The position numbers and the translations under genes are program-made. Shown in pieces: positions 57,300 to 64,000 of a DNA stretch of 64,000 nucleotides. Origin of the DNA: Thermoplasmatota archaeon (GTDB lineage: Archaea; Thermoplasmatota; Penumbrarchaeia; Penumbrarchaeales; Penumbrarchaeaceae); contig JBLIRG010000001.1 of the NCBI GenBank assembly GCA_049472195.1, positions 20,522-84,521 on the forward strand, read 5' to 3'. Each line of letters starts with the position of its first letter. Position 1 is the stretch's first letter. A model generated the notes under the pieces. The model worked only from the letters and a program-made list of their open reading frames with translations. It was not told where the DNA came from and ran no database searches.

Positions 57300-58443
57300 A
57301 TACGAGGTGATCGTGATAGGAGCGGGCTCTGTCGGCGTGCCGATATCGATGTCTCTCGGTGAGATGGGGATCAAGACGCTCGTATTGGACAGGGCCGCTT
57401 CCCCCGGGCAGGGGGAGAACAAACACGCGATCGGGGGTATTAGGGCAACACACTCCGATCCCGCCAAGATCCTGACCTGCCTCAGGTCGCTGGAGATCTT
57501 CTCCACCTGGGAGGAGAAGGAGGGGGACGATATCGAATGGATGAAGGGCGGATACACATTCCCGGTTTACAGGACGGAGGAGGAGAAGTCCCTGAAATCC
57601 ATTCTACCAGTTCAGAAGAATTTCGGCCTCAACATCGATTTCGTCGGTGCCGACAGGATCATGGAGGTCGTGCCGGGTATCAATCCTGAAGGATTGATGG
57701 GGGGTACGTTCTCTCCCGACGACGGATCGTCCTCCCCCCTGCTGGCGGTGAACGCGTTCTACCGCAAGGCCGTCGAGCACTCGGTGGATTTCAGGTTCTC
57801 GGAGGAGGTATTGAAGATCGTTGCCGAGAACGGGAAGGTTGCCGGCGTGAGAACGGATTCCGGCAGGTACGATGCGCCGGTCGTCGTCGACGCGGCCGGT
57901 CCTTACTCTCCGGGACTGGCCAGTGATCTGGGGATCGATCTTCCGGTCGTACCCGACTCCCACGAGGGGGCCATCACCGAACCGGTCGGTATGTTCTGCC
58001 CGTCCATGGTCGTTGACCTCAGGCCGGCGCCTGGGTCGAAGAACTATTACTTCTATCAGAACATCCATGGACAGTTCGTGTTCTGCATAACCCCCGATCC
58101 CCCTATCGTGGGGATGAACAAGAACGAGACATCGGTCTTCCTTCCCCAGGTGGCGAGAAGGATGGTGAACCTTCTCCCAAGGTTGAAGAACATCAGGGTG
58201 AGGAGGGTGTGGAGGGGGCTGTATCCCATGACCCCAGACGGATCCCCGATCGTTGGCTGGAGCCGGGAGATCGACGGCCTTCTGCACGCGACCGGAATGT
58301 GCGGTCAGGGATTCATGATCGGACCGGGGCTCGGCGAGGTTGCCGCCAGGCTCGTTGCGGGTAGGAAAAATGAAAATGACAATACGATCCTGGAAGGATT
58401 CGATCCCTACCGAAAGTTCGGAGGTGCCGAGGCTCTCAAGTGA
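57292..58443 (+). CDS. Beta subunit: FAD-dependent oxidoreductase (SoxB/DadA/HcnC-like)
   Basis: GTG start at 57292 overlapping the alpha-subunit stop (GTGAGTGA). The N-terminal FAD motif is EYEVIVIGAGSVGVPISMSLGEMG. A C-terminal GMCGQGFMIGPGLGE block is present. The ORF could extend to a TTG at 57265. Confidence 0.8.
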   Translation: MSEYEVIVIGAGSVGVPISMSLGEMGIKTLVLDRAASPGQGENKHAIGGIRATHSDPAKILTCLRSLEIFSTWEEKEGDDIEWMKGGYTFPVYRTEEEKSLKSILPVQKNFGLNIDFVGADRIMEVVPGINPEGLMGGTFSPDDGSSSPLLAVNAFYRKAVEHSVDFRFSEEVLKIVAENGKVAGVRTDSGRYDAPVVVDAAGPYSPGLASDLGIDLPVVPDSHEGAITEPVGMFCPSMVVDLRPAPGSKNYYFYQNIHGQFVFCITPDPPIVGMNKNETSVFLPQVARRMVNLLPRLKNIRVRRVWRGLYPMTPDGSPIVGWSREIDGLLHATGMCGQGFMIGPGLGEVAARLVAGRKNENDNTILEGFDPYRKFGGAEALK

Positions 58444-59377
58444 TCATCGTCCCGGCCTTTCCCTCGAGCGCCAGGTACCCGTTCTCTATGGATGATATGA
58501 TCACCCTTTCACCTCCGCCTTCCAGGAAATGAACTGCCGACTCTATCTTCGGACCCATGGATCCCTTAGGGAACTGACCGGATTCAAGGTATGTTCTGGC
58601 CTCTTCTGCAGACATCCTGTCGATCTTCCTCTGATCATCCTCCCCGAAGTTGACGTACACCCCGTCGGTGTCCGTCAGGATCAGAAGGGTGTCCGCACCG
58701 ATGTCCAGGCCGAGGACCGCCGATGCCCGGTCCTTGTCGATAACGGCATCAACACCCTCGTACCTTCCATCCTCCATGGCATAGACCGGGATCCCCCCTC
58801 CTCCGGCGGCGATCACGATCCTGCCGGAGTACGCGAGCTCCCTTATGATCCCGCAGTTTATGATCTTCAGCGGTTTTGGAGAGGGAACGACCCTTCTCCA
58901 TCCCCTGCCGGGATCTTCCTTTATCTGCCATCCCATCTCCTCGGAGAGCTTGTTGGCAGTCTCCTCGTCGTAGAACTGACCAACGAATTTATTGGGATCC
59001 GCTATGGAGGGGTCACCGGGGTCCACCAGAACCTGGGTTACGATCGTTACGACTTCCCTCTCGATATTCTCCTTCATCAACCCGTTCTGAAGGGACTGCT
59101 CGATCATGTAGCCGATGCCCCCTTCGGTATCGGCCACGAGGACGCCCAGGGGAAGGTCTGGGGCGTATTTCCGGGCCATCTCAACCCTGAGGAGCTTGTT
59201 TCCGACCTGGGGTCCGTTACCGTGGGTGATCACCAGGCGGTAGCCCTTCCTGGCCATGTCGATTATGGGGGGAAGGCTCTCCCTGGTATGCTTGAACTGG
59301 TTGGCAATCGTATCGGGGACGCCCTTTTTGGTGATCGCGTTGCCTCCCAGGGCAACGACAACTGTCCTGCCGGTCAT
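58436..59377 (-). CDS. arcC: Carbamate kinase
   Basis: The N-terminus MTGRTVVVALGGNAI and the overall 313-aa architecture are typical of carbamate kinases. AGAGGATA lies upstream of the ATG. Confidence 0.85.
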   Translation of the reverse strand: MTGRTVVVALGGNAITKKGVPDTIANQFKHTRESLPPIIDMARKGYRLVITHGNGPQVGNKLLRVEMARKYAPDLPLGVLVADTEGGIGYMIEQSLQNGLMKENIEREVVTIVTQVLVDPGDPSIADPNKFVGQFYDEETANKLSEEMGWQIKEDPGRGWRRVVPSPKPLKIINCGIIRELAYSGRIVIAAGGGGIPVYAMEDGRYEGVDAVIDKDRASAVLGLDIGADTLLILTDTDGVYVNFGEDDQRKIDRMSAEEARTYLESGQFPKGSMGPKIESAVHFLEGGGERVIISSIENGYLALEGKAGTMIT

Positions 59378-59496
59378 AACAATATCCTCTTGTTCCGAAT
59401 TCCTGGGAATTGAGATAATGTACGAATTGCGTATATATATTTCGACGGGATTCGGGAGAATGATAACAAACTGTCCCTGAAAACGGAGTTGATATC

Positions 59497-59847
59497 ATGG
59501 GTAGAAAGGTTGCACTATTCGCCTTCAACGGGGAGACCATGTGCTTCGTGCACGTTCTGATCAATGCGATCGACATGGTGGAGAGGAATTACGACGTGAA
59601 GCTGATAATAGAGGGGGCCGCCTGCAGGCAGGTTAAGGAGCTCTCCGATCCGGAGAAACCGTTCTCTAACATTTACCGCAAGGTCGTTGAATTGGGGATC
59701 CTCGACTGCGTGTGCAAGGCATGCTCCAACAAGATGGGATCTCTGGACAGCGCCCTGGAGCAGAACCTGAATATCTGCGGGGAGCTTGGAGGCCACCCAA
59801 GCATAGCCAGGTACATGGAGGACGGATACGAGGTGCTCACATTCTGA
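59497..59847 (+). CDS. DsrE/DsrF-like family protein
   Basis: 116 aa. MGRKVALFAFNGE...EGAACRQ...CVCKACSNKMGS resembles DsrE/peroxiredoxin-like sulfur-relay fold proteins with conserved Cys. Confidence 0.45.
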   Translation: MGRKVALFAFNGETMCFVHVLINAIDMVERNYDVKLIIEGAACRQVKELSDPEKPFSNIYRKVVELGILDCVCKACSNKMGSLDSALEQNLNICGELGGHPSIARYMEDGYEVLTF

Positions 59848-59923
59848 TCGGCATATTTTGGGATAGCATCGACGGGATCCGGTGAAGGATGATCGCGGAG
59901 ATCCCGCCGATCTCCCGATCCGT

Positions 59924-60151
59924 TCATTTCTTTTTCAACTCTTCTATGGCCTCCTGTACTCCCCTGGATTCCTTTTCCAGCCATTCCCCGTACTTCTCGA
60001 GCAATTCGATCTTCTCCTCTTTGGTCGGGAAATGCCTGCATTCCATCGAGGGCCCGTGTCCCATTCCATGTCCTCCGTGGCATCCCGTAAAGGGATCCAT
60101 GCCCATCATCATTCCGCATCTCATTCCGTGTCTTCCGTGGTGTCCGTGCAT
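59924..60151 (-). CDS. His/Met/Gly-rich small protein with a C-terminal coiled coil (DUF5320-like), probable metal-binding
   Basis: MHGHHGRHGMRCGMMMGMDPFTGCHGGHGMGHGPSMECRHFP is followed by EEKIELLEKYGEWLEKESRGVQEAIEELKKK. GGAGG lies 8 nt upstream. The gene is divergent from the PadR gene. Confidence 0.55.
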   Translation of the reverse strand: MHGHHGRHGMRCGMMMGMDPFTGCHGGHGMGHGPSMECRHFPTKEEKIELLEKYGEWLEKESRGVQEAIEELKKK

Positions 60152-60180
60152 GTTATTTGCCTCCTTTATCGGTAAACTGA

Positions 60181-60279
60181 TATCGGTTTTCCAATATCGG
60201 AAATACGATACTGGTATTTTTAACTATCGGTTTTCCGATAGATCATGCTGTGAATCGTATATATATCGGGATTCCGATA
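60181..60279. promoter_or_regulatory. Three TATCGG-N4-CCGATA palindromes (operator-like) in the divergent intergenic region
   Basis: 60181-60196 is TATCGGttttCCAATA (one mismatch). 60225-60240 is TATCGGttttCCGATA (perfect). 60264-60279 is TATCGGgattCCGATA (perfect, overlapping the TATATATA box of the PadR gene). Confidence 0.5.
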
Positions 60280-60286
60280 GGGTCTC

Positions 60287-60625
60287 ATGCATCATCCCCG
60301 GCACATGATGAGGGGATTCCTCTCTTTCATGGTCATGTGGATCCTCAGAAACGAACCCAAAACCGGTATGGAGATAGCCAGGGAGCTGGAGGAGAGAAAG
60401 GGGAACCGGCCCAGCCCGGGAACCATCTATCCTGTGTTGAAGGTCATGACCATGAAAGGACTGCTGAGGGTTGATGACGATAAGAGATACTCACTCACCG
60501 ATCTGGGAAGGGAGGAACTGGATAACTCCCTGGATCATTTCTTCACGATGTTCTTCGATATCAACGAGATGAGAGAACACTGCAGATGCGGTGGCAGCGG
60601 TGAGAACTGCCCCCATGACAGATGA
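60287..60625 (+). CDS. PadR-family transcriptional regulator with a C-terminal Cys/His cluster
   Basis: RGFLSFMVMWILRNEPKTGMEIARELEERKGNRPSPGTIYPVLKVMTMKGLL is a canonical PadR wHTH. The C-terminus is EHCRCGGSGENCPHDR. Confidence 0.8.
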   Translation: MHHPRHMMRGFLSFMVMWILRNEPKTGMEIARELEERKGNRPSPGTIYPVLKVMTMKGLLRVDDDKRYSLTDLGREELDNSLDHFFTMFFDINEMREHCRCGGSGENCPHDR

Positions 60626-60679
60626 CCTTGAAATGAAATTGGGTATTGATTATTTGTTGTTTTGGAGAATACATCTGGG

Positions 60680-61813
60680 TCAGACAATGGCTCCGTATGT
60701 TTCCAGAGATGGTATGTTGGGGCTCCTCACCTCGAGATAATCGTCGAGCCAGCATGCCTCCGGATTCCTCCTGAATATCATCACCCTTCTCTCATCATCC
60801 CCGTGGGCAGCGTTGTGAAACTTGAAGATCACCTGATCCTCGGTCATCGCGGCGATCTCGATCTTTCCCAGCGTATGGGACATGATGAACTTGGATCTCT
60901 TTGCAAGACCGGATACCTCGGACTTCGCCCTCTCGAAGATCTCGTAACCCTCCTCGATCGGAACGACGAAGGGTCGGTTTCCAACCGTGGGCCTGCACTG
61001 GAATACGTAATAAGGGGGAATCCCGCAGGAGGCAAGCTTGTTGAAGAGCTCCTTCAGCGTCCTGACGTCATCGTTCACACCCCTCAGAAGAGGCGTCTGA
61101 TTGGAAAGCACCGCTCCCGCACCCTGCAGGAGATCGATCGCTTTCAGGCTCTCTTTCGTGATCTCCCTCGGATGGTTGATGTCCGTGATTATATACAGCT
61201 TGCGGTCGGATTTGGAGAACTCTCGTATCAACTCGATCAGTTCCGGATCCTCCGTGATCCGAAACGGATCGTACACGGGGATCTTCGAACCTATCCGGGC
61301 ATACCTTATGTGATCGATGCTGTGAAGCTCTTTCAGGACCTCCCTCAACCTCTTCGTGGACAATGCGAAGGGATCCCCTCCGGAGATAAGGACGTTGTTG
61401 ATCTCCCTGTGCTGGCGGAGGTACTCCATGATGGGTTTGAGATCCGTTGTAGCGTCATGGTTGCCCCTCATGAACAGCCTTTTCCTGAAGCAGAACCGGC
61501 ACAATCCCCCGCATGCCTGGCTAATGAGGAGCAGGGCTGTCGGTCCGTATTTGTGCTCGAGCCCCCTGCAGATCGTGTACCTCTTCTCGTTTGACGGATC
61601 GAGAGACCCCCCCTCCATTATCTCACCGGGGGTGGGAACGACGATCCGCCTTATGGGATCGTCTGGATCGTTCCAGTCTATCAGGTTCAGGTAGTAATCG
61701 TTGGCGTAGAAGCCGTACCGATCCTCCACTTCCGCGATCTCCTCCAATTCATCGGGGGGAATTCCCTCGATATCACTAACTCTCCTGTGGTACTTCGGCC
61801 TCAAGCAATCCAC
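60680..61813 (-). CDS. kamA: KamA-family radical SAM enzyme (lysine 2,3-aminomutase-like)
   Basis: CGGLCRFCFRKRL is the radical-SAM cluster motif of the KamA family. 377 aa with overall KamA-like layout. Confidence 0.85.
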   Translation of the reverse strand: MDCLRPKYHRRVSDIEGIPPDELEEIAEVEDRYGFYANDYYLNLIDWNDPDDPIRRIVVPTPGEIMEGGSLDPSNEKRYTICRGLEHKYGPTALLLISQACGGLCRFCFRKRLFMRGNHDATTDLKPIMEYLRQHREINNVLISGGDPFALSTKRLREVLKELHSIDHIRYARIGSKIPVYDPFRITEDPELIELIREFSKSDRKLYIITDINHPREITKESLKAIDLLQGAGAVLSNQTPLLRGVNDDVRTLKELFNKLASCGIPPYYVFQCRPTVGNRPFVVPIEEGYEIFERAKSEVSGLAKRSKFIMSHTLGKIEIAAMTEDQVIFKFHNAAHGDDERRVMIFRRNPEACWLDDYLEVRSPNIPSLETYGAIV

Positions 61814-62168
61814 TTCCTCCCCCTCTGCAACTTGGACGGATCGGGTTCAATCGTTCACCTGGTGATCGATTAACAAGGGAACCTGATCTCTCTATGTCGA
61901 TTCTGGTCCTAATTTTTGGGGGAACTATACTATCTGTCATGCGTCCTATAAATAGTTTTTCATGATCAATTCCAATATATCAGTAGTTGGACGGAACAAG
62001 ATAAAACGGGGAAAATTCGAGTGAAAACTTCCATCTGGAATATATGGTCAGTTTCCACCATATCAGATATCCAATACATCCGAAATGACGGATCATTTTC
62101 GATTTTTGAGAAACAGAAATAAACGGTCAAGCATTCTCTATGAGAAAACCGATTCCGAGTGGATCAGC

Positions 62169-62966
62169 ATGGAGATAGACGAGGAGATCATAGATCAGAT
62201 AAGGAAACAGCTATCGGAGATGAACTGCGAACCTTTTTTTCTCTGCATCAGCGGAAGCGACAACTACGGCTTCTCCTCCGAGAACAACAGCGACGTGGAT
62301 ATCCGGGGAGCTTATTATTTCACCGATCCCAACGACATGTTCAGTCCGGGATTGGAAAGGAAGCTGACAAGGGAGGGCGAATACACCTTCGAAGGCATGA
62401 AGTACGAGTGGCAGATCCACGAGGTGTCGAAATTCCTCAGGCTCATGGGGAAATCAAACATGAACATCTACGATTGGATACATTCAAACGACATCATCCT
62501 TCTCCCCCCGGAATTCTTCGGGATGAATCTGGAATATATCCGGGACAGGTCGAGGGATTTCATATCCCAGAACATGGTGGACCATGCGTTCGGATGGTGC
62601 AAGCACATGCTCAACGAGGACTGGTCCAATCCCAAGAAGATCCTCCACTCGATACGGCCGCTGATGACCTGCCTGGACTTCATCGAGACCGGAAAATACG
62701 AGCCGAACATACAGGTTCTCGTTGAGCGTGATTTCCTGCGCGAATACAAACCACTGATCATGGAACTGATCGATCTCAAGAAGAGCAATCTCAACACCAA
62801 CGTAATCGTCAAGGAGCGGTCCGGAAAATGCTACGACGAGCTCAAGGATAGGATAAGCGGGAAAAGGGACAGGATCCCCGGCCCATCGGCCGATCAGGTG
62901 ATCGTAAAGGCGTTGATCACGGATATCAGATTGAAGACCCTGGCACACTATCGGTATACCAGCTGA
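62169..62966 (+). CDS. Predicted nucleotidyltransferase (Pol-beta superfamily)
   Basis: CISGSDNYGFSSENNSDVDIRGAYYF carries the GS-x(9-13)-D-x-D minimal nucleotidyltransferase motif. Start set at MEIDEEI (62169); the ORF begins at 62085. Confidence 0.5.
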   Translation: MEIDEEIIDQIRKQLSEMNCEPFFLCISGSDNYGFSSENNSDVDIRGAYYFTDPNDMFSPGLERKLTREGEYTFEGMKYEWQIHEVSKFLRLMGKSNMNIYDWIHSNDIILLPPEFFGMNLEYIRDRSRDFISQNMVDHAFGWCKHMLNEDWSNPKKILHSIRPLMTCLDFIETGKYEPNIQVLVERDFLREYKPLIMELIDLKKSNLNTNVIVKERSGKCYDELKDRISGKRDRIPGPSADQVIVKALITDIRLKTLAHYRYTS

Positions 62967-62981
62967 ATGTCTATCATTGAT

Positions 62982-64000
62982 TCACAGAGAGAAGTTCGAA
63001 TAGAGAAACGGCATCAGATATTTCACGGCAACCCTTATCCCCCCGGTATTGATCAGATCGGGGAAGGATGAGATCAGCGCCTTTCTACGGGTTTTTCTTT
63101 CGAAGAAATCGTCCGGATCTGATCTTCTCATCATGGTTTCGATGGAATCGACAACCCGGTCCAACGATCCATCGTCGATACGATCGAGTATATCGTTTCT
63201 TATCCTCAACCTTGATCGAAGATCCGGGAGTATTGAACCCTCCATCGAGGAATTGTATTCCAGTAACGGATCCTCCTCCCCGATGCAGGACGCGGCGGAG
63301 GCGCCGGAGATCACGGCGTTCACCATTCCGAATCCAAGAAGTGGATCCGTCAATCTCGCCGCCTCTCCGGTCAGGAGTATCCGGTTTTTTCCAAGGGGCC
63401 CCCCGGCAGTGACCGGCACGCCCCCCATTATCATATTCGAGATCCGGACACCGCCCAATCTGTCCCTGATATCCGGTTGGGACATGAACCGGTTGAGATA
63501 ATCCACCGGTCTTGATCCCGTCCTCATCAGATGCGGCCTCATCGTCGCCACCACCGATACCTCATTTTCGGTGGGGAGGACATACGCATACTCCCCCGGG
63601 CATAGATGGGATCCCAGCCAGCACTCCGCAATACCGGGTTCGAATCCGTGATCCCCCTCGAAATGATAACCTATCCCCACAGCCACATCACGGTTCGAAA
63701 GAGGAGTTGTTATGCCCCTGCCAGCAACGGTCCCCATCCCGTCGGCCCCGATAACGAGGTCGGCCTTCCCGCTCCTGATCCTTTTCCCCTTCCGGTAGGT
63801 GATCCTGCCGTTGTCTTTTGCTTCAAGCACAGTGGTTTCGAATCTGATATCCGCGTCCGATCTCTCCGCTTCCTTCATCAACTGACAGTCCAGGGATCCT
63901 TCTCCTCCTCTTCTGATGAAATAACCGTGGGATCTTCTCAACCTGATCTCGACGGACCTTCCCGAGGGACCGATCAACCTGGCGCCCCTGTATGGATATT
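62982..64000 (-). CDS. Geranylgeranyl reductase-family FAD-dependent oxidoreductase; partial, N-terminus beyond the window end
   Basis: Contains LVIGADG and LLTGEAARLTDPLLGFGM (GDAAG-like) blocks typical of GGR/digeranylgeranylglycerophospholipid reductases. The N-terminal GxGxxG FAD motif is missing, so the gene continues past 64000. Confidence 0.7.
   Translation of the reverse strand, partial: YPYRGARLIGPSGRSVEIRLRRSHGYFIRRGGEGSLDCQLMKEAERSDADIRFETTVLEAKDNGRITYRKGKRIRSGKADLVIGADGMGTVAGRGITTPLSNRDVAVGIGYHFEGDHGFEPGIAECWLGSHLCPGEYAYVLPTENEVSVVATMRPHLMRTGSRPVDYLNRFMSQPDIRDRLGGVRISNMIMGGVPVTAGGPLGKNRILLTGEAARLTDPLLGFGMVNAVISGASAASCIGEEDPLLEYNSSMEGSILPDLRSRLRIRNDILDRIDDGSLDRVVDSIETMMRRSDPDDFFERKTRRKALISSFPDLINTGGIRVAVKYLMPFLYSNFSL

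Noticed and set aside
56244-57557. 437-aa ORF on the minus strand
   Set aside because: It is antisense to the well-supported alpha/beta FAD-dependent dehydrogenase genes. Its product is Arg/Pro/Gly-rich low-complexity sequence.
61814-62168. GGGTTCAATCG segment resembling a tRNA T-loop
   Set aside because: There is no complementary T-stem, acceptor stem or anticodon arm, so it is not a tRNA. No tRNA-like structure was found in any intergenic region of the window.
1-64000. CRISPR arrays, IS elements, transposases, integrases, rRNA
   Set aside because: No regularly spaced direct repeats, no transposase- or integrase-like ORFs and no rRNA-like conserved stretches were seen. The repetitiveness present lies within coding repeat domains of the surface proteins.

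Overview
This window looks like a 64-kb accessory-type region of a euryarchaeal chromosome, roughly 56% GC. The lineage assignment rests on several observations: an archaeal AglB/STT3 oligosaccharyltransferase, a DNA polymerase D small subunit, a DUF1616 protein, a Mut7-C RNase and a geranylgeranyl-reductase family protein. Shine-Dalgarno-like GGAGG boxes and TATA-like A/T boxes are visible upstream of many genes. Housekeeping genes are present: class II ribonucleotide reductase, ornithine carbamoyltransferase, PolD small subunit, HflX, Nnr, carbamate kinase, a KamA-family radical SAM enzyme, and a two-subunit FAD-dependent amino-acid dehydrogenase (proline/sarcosine/opine dehydrogenase-like). 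These are interleaved with at least eight very large secreted or membrane-anchored surface proteins of 735 to 2540 aa. The surface proteins include one with thrombospondin-type-3 Ca-binding repeats, one with a BNR/sialidase-like propeller, one with a right-handed beta-helix, two tandem paralogous FG-GAP/PQQ-like beta-propeller giants, and Ig-like repeat proteins. Several end in a single C-terminal TM helix followed by a poly-glutamate cytoplasmic tail. Six loci stand out. First, AglB is fused to about 1,700 aa of beta-sandwich repeats. Second, a DUF58-DUF1616-small membrane protein operon sits next to AglB. Third, a signal-peptide protein carries a CXXCH motif and a His-containing 4-TM domain and lies directly upstream of a minimal CcsA-like WWD-domain protein; this pair is a candidate heme-handling module. 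Fourth, a PadR regulator is divergent from a His/Met/Gly-rich small protein, with three TATCGG-N4-CCGATA palindromes between them. Fifth, a Mut7-C RNase is paired with a PD-(D/E)xK-like nuclease. Sixth, a 490-nt non-coding region contains two strong hairpins. No rRNA, tRNA, CRISPR array or transposase was recognised.
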